Below the pieces are notes generated by a model. That model was not told the DNA's origin. It saw only the letters and a program-made list of their open reading frames with translations, and searched no databases. A DNA stretch of 64,000 nucleotides from Lingula anatina (taxonomy: Eukaryota; Animalia; Brachiopoda), in NCBI GenBank assembly GCA_051362555.1, contig JBPQGU010000016.1, positions 1,240,001-1,304,000 of the forward strand. Reading direction: 5' to 3'. Below are positions 23,336 through 35,767 of this stretch, piece after piece. Within the stretch, counting starts at the first letter, position 1. Every line of letters begins with the position of its first letter. A program made the position numbers and the translations under genes.

Positions 23336-24922
23336 GGAGGGTACTTTGAATTGAGTAAAGGGCATCTGAAGAAAAAGTGAAGAGGGGTTTCAAGGGCACC
23401 ACAGGTGCAGTGTGGTGTATCAATAGTAGTCCAGTTATGCCTAAACAATTCTGCTCTAAATAAACACCCGACCCTCGCTCTGTTAAGAATTTTTTCATGA
23501 TTTCTGTTCAAGTTTAGTGTTGTTGTTGAAAGCGACCCAGCAGTGAGATGTTTTTTTATCGAGTTCTTGAAAGATGAGATTGAAGGTAAAGATTTAGTGG
23601 AGGAGGAGAGTTGATCCCATGAAGACATCAGAAAATAGTTAACTGAGGTACGGGGGTATTTAGGAGGAAGTTTAAAGTCTCTTTTGTTATTTTCTCGGGT
23701 TATGATTGGAAAAGGGTTTCTGAATGGGCGGAATATATCAGAAACATAGGAGGGGACCAAATTCGCCATGACTGAAAACATAATTTTTTGAGCATGCATT
23801 TTTCTTCTATCAAATAGAGAAATCCAATTTAGTTGTTCAAATATTTTGGAGGTACAAGAGCTAGGTAAGGCTCCCAGTACTATTTTGCCGGCTTGGTATT
23901 GAAGAGACGATAGTTTCGATAATTTCTTCTGGAGTGAGTTATGATAGAAGATGTCACAGTAATCAAATTGTGATTGGATAAAGGCATTATATATAACATT
24001 TAAATGTTTGGACCTAACTTTGCAGTATAGAGGTTTTAGTGCATTTACGGCCCGTTGAACCTTTTCGCAAACATGATCAGTATGATCATTAAAATTTAGT
24101 TTTGAATCAAGTACTAGTCCCAGGTGTTTGTGGCTCTTTGTCCTAGGTATCATGGTATTGTTTATATACAATTCAGGGTATGTACTATTATCATTTTCTT
24201 TGCCGAATATAATTTCGCGGCACTTTGCCGGTTTAAAATTGAGTTTCCATTTATTGGACCAATTTTCAATGGTACGTAGGTCACCTTGTAATATAGCATG
24301 TGAATCAACATCTCCCCGACGCGAGGGCATAAAGAGGGAAGTATCATCCGTATAGATGAAACAATCAGTAGAGAGTCCGTCAGGGAGGTCATTTACATAT
24401 ATGAGAAAAAGTAACGGGCCAAGTATGCTACCTTGGGGTACACTTGTATTTATGTAACCTCCCTTAGATAAATTAGACGATTTCCCACCAACACGTACTT
24501 TAACTCTTCTATTAGTCAAGTACGATGACAATAGTGCATGAAGTTTGCCGGTTAGACCGTAAGACTTGGGTTTAAGGAGAAGGAGTGAATGGGGAACTCT
24601 GTCGAATGCAGCCTCTATATCGAGAAAGACTCCTCTGGTGTCATAACCATTAATAGAATTACTCGTAATTAAATTATGAATCGCCAAGAGCTGGTGCTCT
24701 GTGCTATGACCCTTCAAAAAGCCGGATTGTTTAGGGTATAGGAGTTTGTTGTTCAGAATAAAGTTAATCACTCTATTATATATTATTCGCTCTAAAATCT
24801 TAGATATAATACTAAGTAAAGAAATTGGTCTATAGTTTAAAATAGATTTTTTATCATCTTTTTTAAAGATTGGGCAAATTTCGGCAATTTTCCAGATGTT
24901 GGGGAAGGTATTAGACTTTATA

Positions 24923-25697
24923 TACTTATTCGTTTCACTTAATCGCATATAAATCATTTATTGTCTAATAACTCGCAACGAAAACACCAACCACCGTTTC
25001 CAATACAAATCATTTATTTCGTTAACCCTTGCTATGAGCTGTTGTTTGCTTGGCTGCGTTACAGAATGCGTACACACCACGCACTGACTGTCATTCACAA
25101 ACTCTCCGACTATAACCATTTACAAACTTCTCTTATTTCCTCTACTTCTGCTATTTTCTTTTCAACCACCTTTTATATATTTCAATAAATTCTTTCGTTC
25201 CATATTTGAACTATTTCATTTTTATAGATATATTACCGAATGTGTAAATGCCCAGAATTTACTGTACCTCAGAAACCATTATTTTCTAATGTCTTATCCC
25301 AACTACTATCTCTTCTTTGTTACCAATTTTGTACATTTTACACTGATCTATGTTTTCTTCATTAATCATAATTATTTCTAAGCACATACCCTTTAATACT
25401 CCAATTAACTTATTACAACTGTTCCATTTTGTGCCTTCTCTGATGTATTACTTTATTGACCAAACTTCTATATCATTTAAAATATTCTTTGTTTTATATT
25501 TGCGATTTACTTGGACCTGACGCAGCAAGCTGAAAACAGCCTCGAATGAAATCTGCTCATCTCACATTTCCTTTTATACTATTGTGCAATGCACAATCTG
25601 CGCATGTCAAACTCCGCGCCCTATGAACTCATTTCCTCACCTGAATTGCTTCTCTAACACATTTTGCGTTGACTCGTTAAACGACAATAAATTCATG
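24923..25697. mobile_element. Unclassified 775-bp insertion flanked by a TATA duplication
   Basis: Removal restores LINE ORF2 in frame (NAII-KSNTFP); no convincing TIR or ORF. Confidence 0.75.
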
Positions 25698-26066
25698 TAT
25701 AATTGCGTTGAACAGAATATTTAGGGGCTTCACCACGGAGTTTTTGGTAAGTTTTATCATCTTGACGGTAATCAGGTCAGGGCCGTTAGCTTTAGATGGG
25801 TCTAAATCATCAATTGTCGATTTAATTTCACTAATAGTGGATTGTATCTGAGATAGGGAAGCATCAGTTCTTACAGGAAAGCGAATTTCGCCAACATTTG
25901 CTACAGAGTCCGAGTGGTACATTGATGAGAAATAGGACAAAAATTCATCAGCCTTTTCTTGATCAGTAGAAGCGACAGATCCATTTCTCGGGTTATTGAG
26001 AATAGGAATAGAAGACGATCGCTGTTTCCCAAAAATATTTTTCATTACGGTCCAATATGATTTACA

Positions 26067-29000
26067 CTAAGATCTAATATACCAAAGATTCGACACTCGG
26101 CAATTCTTCAAAGGGTAATCCGATTAACTGTGGAAAGACGTTCGTACGGCGGAAGTAGTCAGTCGCGTTGTGTTCGTGCGGAGGTCGAGCTCTGTTGCAT
26201 GTGGACGATTTCAAGGTAGGTAAAATACCGCTTTTAGTCTTGTAGTTTCTCTGAAAATGTATGTGCAGAAGGGAAAACTAACAAGGTTCACTTGTGTGTA
26301 AAATTTGCAATATTTTGGAGCAGATGTCATCGTGAAAAATTGCCTTCAATCCGTTGTTGCATTCTAATTAGCAATATGGCGACGAACAAGCGAGTCTGAA
26401 TGCCTTGTTACCTAAGGTCTAACACGGGTAATTTGATTTTTTATACGTTGAATTTTATATTATTGATGACTGAATAACACGTTGGTTTTATTGGTTGATA
26501 ATTTAATTTTAAACAGATTCGTTTTCTATGAAAATTTAAACAATAATTCGGGCAATAAAGCAAGATGGCGGTGCAGATCATAATCGCCGGGGTTCAAATG
26601 CAAAGCCGAACACGAAAGTGGATCTGTACAATGCGTTGATAGTCTTACTATGTCCATCTAAACAAGTAGTGGACGGCCCTAGGGATAAACTTAGTTAAGA
26701 TTTAGCTTGTTTTCTTAGAAATATTTATCGGTAAAGATGACGATAAAACAAGATGGCGGGGACTATCGTTATCGAAGGGCTTAAAATGCAAGGCCAAACA
26801 CGAAAGTGGATCTGTACAATGCGTTGACAGTTAAACTGTGTCCATCTAAACAAGTAGTGGACGGCCCTAGGGATAAACTTAGTTAAGATTTAGCTTGTTT
26901 TCTTAGAAATATTTATCGGTAAAGATGACGATAAAACAAGATGGCGGGGACTATCGTTATCGAAGGGCTTAAAATGCAAGGCCAAACACGAAATTGGACC
27001 TGTACTTTGCGTTGACAGTTAAACTGTGTCCATCTAAACAAGTAGTGGAAGGCCTTAGGGATAAACTTAGATAAAATTAACGTAGTTTCTTAGAAATATT
27101 CATTGGTAAAGATGACAATAAAACAAGATGGCGGCGACTATCGTTATCAATGAGCAACAAACGATGGTATTTTTATCCGTGATTTATACCTAAGTAAAAC
27201 AATGCGGTAAAATGTGTCTCACATCCTTATAATTATTATTTTTGTTTTGTTTTCAGATGCCATTAAATGGGTAAAGGCTCACAGGAGAAAAAATAAATAG
27301 AAAAATCTGGCAGCAAAAATCGGTAAGCTTTCTGGTCTATAACTAGAACTTAAGTTTATGGAGTTGAAAGTAAAATGTTTTATATACATGGGCACTATTA
27401 TTCTGTCCCCGGCAACATTATTTCCAGTATAGAATACAAAGGCTACATGTAGGTGCTCTCACCACAGTGGACTTGCACAAATGACAAATAATAAGAGACT
27501 AGCACATGTCAACCTTTTTAACAGTAAAATATTATTTTATTTTCTCAGATTATTGTAATAATACAAGTGTTGCAGATGATTTAGTTGCACCACTGTCAAG
27601 TTTGCTAAGTGATTGTAAACAATCAGAAAGACACACTGATGTATTAAATAAGCAAAATGGTAAGCTGCCCGAAATTAAATATTTAATTTTTGCTCGATAG
27701 TTTTACAAGTGCACAAAGAGCTAGGTCAGTGTTGTCCGCACAGTGGACTTTAACATAACATGAGCAATTAACACGTCAGCATCTTTTTAACTGTGTGATA
27801 ATATTTTTTCAGATATATGTTGCAATGGAAGTGATTCTGATGACGACGTACCTCTGTCAAGTTAACTCGGTGCTACTCAAGAACCTGACAGGCACATTGA
27901 TATTTCAGCAAATGGACCACCTTGAAACTAGCCATATGTTGTTCTTCATGAAAAAACAAATATATCACTATAAATAGTCTCCCTTCTGTAAACTCTGAAG
28001 TTTAGTGTACTGTCAAGTCTAGGTTGGAATTGGTCAGTAGTGCTCTTAGCAATAGATAAATATTATCATCAAGTGCATAATTTTTATTGAATGAGATATT
28101 AATGTTGAAACAAGTCAAAATAGGGGGAAAAATGTTATAATTCTTTGTCATGTGAAACTAGTAGGCCTACTCCTAAATAAATCCTACCTATCTGTTGTGA
28201 TTGTGTCACAGTCAGTGGTATCTAAAGGTGTTAACATTTTTATTTGCATTTCAATTTCTGTGCCTTATTAAATCTATAATAAAATGCTTATGAACAGAAT
28301 ATGACTTGTATTAAATTACTTTAACAGCCAGAAATGAATGATCAGTTTTAAATGCCGAATCTGATGAAATATTGATAATTTTTAGCAATCATCTTTTATT
28401 TAGTCATTTTTTAGTGAGATGGCAAACAAAATTGTTACACATATTATTCTTCCAATACATTCTGTGGAAGATGTTCAAAAGACTGATGTTTCAAAACTGA
28501 TTTTGCAGAGTTAAAAAATATGTGCATGATTTTGAAGTCGCAAGGAAACTATATTGCATGTGTTCTTTATAAATATGAAAAAACGAGTTTACTTTTATTT
28601 GATTGTCAGTATAAAGATATGTCTTACCTTTCACTATTATTATGAAGTAGGTACCCAAATAAGTGTTTGTGAAAGTGAAATTAAAAACTGCTTTTTCTTA
28701 ATGGATTTTTTCAGTCCTTTTTGTTTCACTGATTTGCTACGAGTATTCTGGTAAATTTCAATTAATTATGCTCTAAAAGAATGACCGCTGATAGTGACAA
28801 AGTTTTACAAACATGCATAATAGATCAAGTTTCTGTTTTGGTGTAGCTTCACCATTCAGTTTCTCCCAGTAGGTTAGCATGGCCTTATTGTCCAAAACAG
28901 CATCGAATATCACTATCAGTTACGTTGATGATCTCGTCACGTTTCCGGCTATATCTCCACGTTCAGTCAATTTCTATAAAATGGCAGCTGTTGTTACAGG

Positions 29001-29337
29001 TAGTGCGCTATTGGGTATTGCCTCTTCTGAATATAAAGTATTGAGACAACTACGAAATGTAAACAAACTGTACATCTTTAGCACTTTTTAATAAAAAAAC
29101 TCCACGTGTGCCAGTGCTAATCCAATATGGCGGATCTACTTGACGACGATGTGGCGTCCTCGAGAATGCACGAGAAATCACGTTATTCGCTAAACACGGG
29201 TTAGGTACAATGGGGATTAAAATTAAGCCCGGCAATCAAAACTACTTAAGGGGAACAATAGAGCAATGTTTACCCGTACGAACGTCTGGTCAAAAGGAAA
29301 ATGCCGCTGTCCAATCTTTCCGTTTATTAGATCTTAG
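26067..29337 (+). mobile_element. 3.3-kb non-autonomous DNA transposon, about 40-bp imperfect TIRs (CTAAGATCTAATA), 6-bp TSD TTTACA
   Basis: TIRs and TSD visible at both ends inside the LINE; internal tandem repeat and splice-like structure; no transposase ORF. Confidence 0.85.
26540..27150. repeat. About 188-bp tandem repeat, roughly 3.2 units
   Basis: CAAGATGGCGG recurs at 26561, 26749, 26937 and 27124. Confidence 0.92.
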
Positions 29338-30900
29338 TTTACAGTACTATCATCACCTTTATTGTCGAGGCTCTCTATTTTAGAATTAAGGAATGATTCT
29401 TTTGTTATAATTATTAATTCTTTAACTTTTATCGCCTGATTTTTGTAATTATTTTCATTCCTTTCTGAAGGTTTAATCCTCATTTTTTTATATAGTTTCT
29501 TTTTCTTATTTAACTCATGCTTGATTTGGTCATTAAACCATGGCTTGTCATTTGACCTGATCAGCCTCCTTTTATGGGGTATATGGCGTTTGTAAAAAGA
29601 GAGTAAAGAATCAGTAAAAGCTTCAGTTTTTACGTTCATATCATAATTATTTTTTAAAAATAAAGTTTCCCAGTCATATTCGCTTATGTCTTTGTCTAAA
29701 GCCACCAAATTAGCCTGATCGTACTTCCATATTGTTCTACATGTATATACAGGATCGTGTTTGGGTTGAGTAATACAAAGTTCAGTAACGAGGGTACTAT
29801 GATCCGTTTGGCCAATGGGCGGGTCAACGAAGGCACTGTTAATTAAGTCGGGTCTGTTTGTCAGAGTCAAATCGATACAAGAAGCGGATTTTCCTTGTAT
29901 CCTGGTAGGCTCGTGGATCAGTTGATCGAAGCCTTTTTCTAGAAACAAACTGCTCAAAAGCTTACCCGTGAGGTCTTCCTTACCTTTTCTGAACCAACTA
30001 AGAGAGTGAGCATTAAAGTCTCCATTAATAAAAATACCGTTTGAATTTAGTTGACATGCTTTTTCGAGACTCATTTTACATAAGTTCACAAACTTGTCTC
30101 TTTCGGTTGATGTTTGACTAGGCGACCTATAGAAGATGCCATATAAAAACCGCTTAAACTGTAACTGAAATTCAATCCAAATGCAGTTGAGATCGTCACT
30201 CTTTAACTCAGGACATTCTAACAACTTTGGCAAACAAGTTTATTTTTTTGAAGAGAGCACGATCGATCAGAACGTTTGTCAAAAAGTATCGAGTGGCTAT
30301 AAAACGACACTAAATTCAAAGTCAGTAACTTTAACAGCTAGGACGATATTGACATTTTGATAAAATAATGTTTTTTTAAGAATGATAAAAATTTATGACA
30401 CATTTTATGACCTTCCTGGAACACCGAAAAAATTAAAATTTTAACTCTGAATATTACATGCCGGCCTATGTGACTTATAGCAGGTACCGGGGTCTGATAG
30501 TTTTGACACCTGCCAATGTGTTTTTGATTTGATGATAATATCAAAACTGTCCACACTTGAAAATTTCAGTGTTGACTTATGATTAATGCATCAAAACTCT
30601 TTGAAATTTTTCAATCCAAAAGCTTGTGAACCAGTGAAGTTACTGAACTTTGTAAAAAGTTGATTTTGAATTCTAACACCCTGGAATATTTCTACATCTA
30701 TATTCATCTAAAAGGCGAAACAATCCCCTGTGCCCCCTATTTAGGGCAACAGAAAATAAGCGTTGTTTTGTATCATTTTTCTTGAAATTTATCATTCTGC
30801 AAATAAACCAAAGATATAAATAAGACGAAACATCAGTAATAAAGTAAGTTACTTTATCCAATAAGATGTTAAGCAGGATCACAACAGCCTTAAACTTAAG

Positions 30901-30950
<50 letters not shown>

Positions 30951-31743
30951 CAGGTGCATGTCGTATCTTTATTTGCCTAGCGAATACTCCCTCCACACGC
31001 ACTTTTCCAGTACATTTCCACCAGCAGGAATAACTTTCGTTTGCTGTTATTTCGATTGATTCCGTAATGTAGTGTACTTGCGGCATCGCGTATCTGTCTT
31101 CAGCTTTATGTAACATTATGTATTGCCCCTTCTTCCTCAGGGATAAATATATCCACAAACAATATCTGCTGATATTATACGACAGTTAATCCACTTTATT
31201 CTTGTATCATTATATACACGTAAACAACTTAAAATAACGCATATTGACGTATGGTGTTGACTCAGTAATTTATTCGATCTTTCTTAAATATGTAATCTAA
31301 GAACTTGACACTTGCAGAAAATTATATCAAATTCAAGTATTTTTTTTTATAAAAAATGTCTTTCTTACCTCTACTACAAAGGTGCTGAATTGCATTATAG
31401 TCAAGAGTAGTTCCCCTTCAAAGTCGAGCTTTGACAACATTTCACAGTCAACATCAGTTCCATACATCAGTGTTTATGACCATAAAATGATGTCACTGAT
31501 ATGTTATATATGGCATTTTGATATTATTAAGTGATATATTTTTGATGCATTATATACGATATATTAATCTATTAATGATATATTATTTCAGCCTTTTCTT
31601 TTACAACAAATTTGTGAAAGTAGGCAAAAAAATGTTCCCCTAGTGGTCACAAGTTCGGTACAACAAGGACTTTCTTAGCTGACCTTGTCATCAGAGTCAT
31701 TAAATACCAGTTAAATTCGTGAACAGTTTAACTTAAGCAACAT

Positions 31744-32021
31744 CAGTGGTGCATTTAGAGGAAGGGGTCAGGGGCTCTCACCCCCCCTTCAGTTTCTGAA
31801 AAATATATCACACCAATATTCCCCTCTTGAAATTAGAATTTTGACCAGCCGGATAAAAGTTCTAAGCCGAACTAAAGGGCGCCGTTTATCCTCCGAAACA
31901 CCAACAATTTTTCGGGGCCCTTGAGCAGGCCCCGAACCCCACGCCAAAGGGGTGATGGTTGGCTTCGCGTCCAAGGCCTGTTGTTCCGGAACCCCTTTAG
32001 ATTACCCTGGATCCGCCCCTG
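31744..32021. mobile_element. MITE (CAGTGG...ATCCGCCCCTG), 5-bp TSD AACAT/AATAT
   Basis: Degenerate TIRs; absent from the paralogous site near 5612. Confidence 0.7.
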
Positions 32022-32085
32022 AATATGCTATTCTTTCTAAATTTGATCTCATCTGTCACAAGTATCAACATATCTTTGCTCTCTA

Positions 32086-32345
32086 CAGGGCCGTAGCCTC
32101 CGGGGGGGCAGGGGGGGCAGCTGCCCCCCCTGGGATTTGAGGCGCAAATATGGCAAAATGGCAAAATGAACCCACAATTTTTGACTTCTGATTGAGCAAT
32201 AAATAACAGTTAAAATGCACCAGAATGCAGTATTATACATACAGTTTTTTAAAAATTTTCCACACCCACCCCACCCCCTCGGGGGCTTTGCCCCCTCGTG
32301 TCCGCTTACTGCCCCCCCTGGCATTTTGCTCAGGCTACGGCCCTG
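32086..32345. mobile_element. MITE, CAGGGCCGTAGCCT TIR, 5-bp TSD CTCTA
   Basis: Perfect 14-bp TIRs and TSD. Confidence 0.9.
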
Positions 32346-32604
32346 CTCTAGAATCTTATCTTGTTTCCCTGCTTGTTCCTCTATCACTAAATCATAACCA
32401 TAAAGCCGATTGCTGAAGCAGCAGCATTGATCCTTGAACAAAAAATATATTAATACATTGACTGAAAAATAGAATTAATCAATGACACAAAATAAAAAAG
32501 AGCTGACAATAAATAAAGGAATGGAAAGGTGCACGGATGGAAGAAAAGACAAAAAAGACAAAAAAAAAAAAAAAAGACAAAAAAAGAAAGAAAGAAAAAA
32601 AAAA

Positions 32605-34818
32605 CAAGCAAAGCTTGAGAGTAGCTCCGGCTCCGATGTGAAACACTTTATTCACAGAAATTTTTATGTGGACGATGGATTGAAGTCGACTGCTACTGCA
32701 TCAGATGCCATAGAACTTCTGCGACGATCCAGACAGCTCTGCGAGAAGCGAGGAATTCGTCTTCACAAGGTCATATCGAACTCTAATGCAGTCATCCAAT
32801 CAGTTCCACTTGGTGATCGAGCCCACGACTGTGATGTCATTGACATGAATGCAGACAAGTACTTACCTGAGAGAGCCCTTGGTGTTTAATGGTGTGTAGA
32901 AGTTGACCAGCTTCAGTTCCGAATACTACTCAAGGATAGGCCATTAACTCGACGTGGTGTATTGTCTACGATCAGCTCGATCTTTGACCCACTTGGATTT
33001 GTTGCTCCAGTTGTCATGGTCGGCAAGCGCATTCTACAGGAACTGTGTGCTGAGAATTTAGACTGGGACGACCCCATACCCGACAACCTTCGATCACGGT
33101 GGGAGCAATGGAGGCTTGGTTTTCGCTCATTGGAATCTATCAGTTTGAAACGCTGTTACAAGCCGCCTGAATTTGGTTCAGTGTCGATTGCTGAAATGCA
33201 CCATTTCTGTGATGCCAGCGCAGGAGGCTACGGAGAGTGTTCGTATGTACGGCTCGTGAACGAAAGAGGACAAATACACTGTTTACTCATGGGTAAAAGC
33301 AGGGTAGCACCGCTTAAGGCCGTTTCCATTCCGAGACTCTTACCTCTGACAACCTAAATGACCCATGTTCCCTTGAGCCATTAACCCCCAACCACTTGTT
33401 AACCACCAAAACAAATGTTATTCTCCCGCCTCCTGGTGAATTCCAGAAAGCAGACATGTATTGTAGAAAACACTGGAGAAGGGTTCAGTATTTATGCAAT
33501 CAGTTTTAGTTTAGATGGCGCAAAGAATATTTGCAAACCTTACAAGTGAGACAAAAATGGTTAAGGCCTAGACGCAATTTCTGTGTTGGAGATATTGTTT
33601 TGATTAAAGATGAGAATTTACCAAGAAATCTTTGGTCATTAGCAAGAGTTGAAAATGTTTATCCCAGTGATGATGAGCATGTCAGAAAAGTCAAAGTAGC
33701 AATGAGTACTCATGCATTAGATTCTGCTGGTCGAAGGTTAGATCCAATTGTGTTTTTAGACAGACCAATTCAGAAGTTGGTACTTTTAGTTCCAAGCACT
33801 GATAATAATTAATGATTTATTGCAGGGTTTAATCCCCGTCAAAGAGCCAATTGTTAACCTAAATGCATACGTTGCAAATTAAAAAAAACATTTTGCTGGA
33901 TTAATAAATTAGAGTTTGATGGTATAGTAGTAAGGAATTCAGTTGTTACAAAGCATCATCATCATTTTATATGGATGTCATGCATGAACAAATTTAAATT
34001 GTAATTGCTATGTCTTAAGGACACACTGTACATACTTAATTGGTTATCTATATTTGATGTTTGTTTTTTGTTAAAGCATGTATCTATATTCATATCATCA
34101 TTAGAACTTTTCAGATAATAGAACAGTTAACAGTTGTGGCGTCTTCTTTAGAAGATAAGGTAATGTTGGAGCACACAGTTAAAGGGTAAATGTTTGCTTA
34201 AATAATGTAGAAGTTGTAAAGCATTATTAATGTTTATTTCTATGGTATCCTAACGGTCAAAGGTCATTAAATGTTATTGTATATCAATGATATCATATGG
34301 TATATGATTATTAATTATATTTACGGTTTTTCATACTTTATAAACAGTTTATTAATTATATTTACGGTTTATTATAATTTATATACGGTTACAAATACGG
34401 TTAAGGGTAAAGATATCTCTGGTATATAAAATCATTAGTGATTTAGTAAATGGATTCCATGGTGTAAGGTTATTAGTGCTTGTCAATTCAATTTGATTTA
34501 AAACGCCACTAATATAATGTATGTTTAAGTAATATTAATGTAAAAAAATAGTTATTTTTTGGGGAGCCATGTAACTGCAACACGTGGAGCAGTGATTAGT
34601 GCGAGTAGTCAGTGAGATGTGTTCGTGTCACGTGACACTCGGGTATATAGTTGAGATCCCGCCCTTACATTTTCAGTTTCAGCAACACGGGTCTCCGGGA
34701 TCATATAGTTTTATGTTTTCATTAGTTTTCATCAGTTTTCATCAGTTTATTCAGCGAAATACAATCTATTCAAACCAAGAACGCTTTTTGAGTTTTTAAC
34801 GGTACGGTCACGGCAACA
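32605..34818 (+). mobile_element. Truncated second BEL/Pao element: RT-RNase H fragment, internal deletion, integrase C-terminus, 3' UTR and 3' LTR (34570-34818)
   Basis: NFYVDDGLKS, ERALGV, SSIFDPLGF, HHFCDAS, IPRL, then PLTPNHLL and RPIQKLVLL. PPT GGGGAGCCA followed by a TGTAAC...CAACA LTR, after which host repeat sequence resumes. Confidence 0.92.
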
Positions 34819-35767
34819 CTCCAAGTTAAAACATATTTCAAAAAGAAAGGAAACGCCAGAAAATTTCGCTTTTCTATTTCACCGACTTGGTCCTACAGGG
34901 TGTACATTGAGCTGTTTCCTTCAATATTCCTTTATAGGGAAGACATTTCAGAATAGACGCCAGCACGAAAAGTGATCCGAAGTTAATTTGACAGTTCCGA
35001 GAAGTGAATAGCAACCGTCAAAAGAGTTATATACTGAAGCCAGGCTAATCAACGTTGTGAAAGCCTGACACGAAGTTGACGTATGTATGCTTAGTCCCAG
35101 ATGAGCTGGGAAAGGCAAAATAATTTCATTTTTTTCTTTTTGTATTAACGCTTTTTGCAAATACCTCAATATGTCCAGTAACCATATACTCTGACTTCAC
35201 AATATATACTTGCTTTGACTGCATAATTTGACCTAACAATAGGGCCTATATTGTGTTATTATAATATTAAGCATACAATCACTATTTTGAAAATGAGTTT
35301 TTTATCAGAACAGATAGCATGGCTGCATAAAAGAACATAGGTAGGCCTCTGTCTAAAATTATAAATAACTACAAAGAAAATGAGTAATATAGACGAAAAT
35401 TAATAACATGAGTAGACTACACTGAAATCGTAAACATACAGATGAAACTTTTTTTTTATTTTTGATGTTTTTTTTTTTCGGTTTTATATAAAGTATTTTT
35501 TTTTTCCGATTGAGGTCGGACGTTTAAGCCATATATGCTACAACAAAATGAATGGTAACACTGAAGTCAACATGTCTGTTCTTATCAACATTTATTATTA
35601 TGCCTCTCACTATCATTTTTTAGATATAATTAAAATACAAGGGCAGAACCGACCCAGGATTTTATCAGATATAATCAACAAAAAACCCCACTGACGCCAT
35701 CAACTAATTGATTATACTGGTGTAATAAACCAGTAGTTTACTGACGTAATGTGTTGGCTCTCTGGAA

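Larger units (their letters stand above)
22058..30217 (-). mobile_element. 5'-truncated CR1/L2-group LINE (APE-RT ORF2) split by three nested insertions
   Basis: Endonuclease remnants (GDFN, CIDLTLTN, TDH) in 29344-30217, linker 25702-26060, RT (YRPISLL, VPQGSILGPLLF, YTDD) 23342-24922, C-terminus 22269-22446. AATAAA and poly(A) at 22055-22077. TSD CTAACAACTTT at 22047-22057 and 30218-30228. Confidence 0.93.
31190..32500 (-). pseudogene. Remnant of a further PLAAT repeat unit: 3' flank plus decayed exon 4 (about 32356-32461)
   Basis: Colinear with 5085-5830; the acceptor context is kept but the exon has stops; truncated on the right by the BEL fragment. Confidence 0.7.

Noticed and set aside
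22431-23498. Repetitive ORFs (MMTSCVL / HHQNATS repeats)
   Set aside because: Translations of the 18/21-bp tandem repeats in the foldback element.
26540-27150. Possible CRISPR-like array, also the short repeats at 39145-39220 and 39660-39800
   Set aside because: Head-to-tail repeats without unique spacers, no cas genes, eukaryotic context.
30490-30675. Dispersed repeat shared with 41885-42075
   Set aside because: No termini, TSD or coding signal; an ordinary repeat fragment.
30673-31158. 161-aa ORF with faint resemblance to non-LTR reverse transcriptase text
   Set aside because: Crosses a (TA)n microsatellite and motifs are too weak to call.
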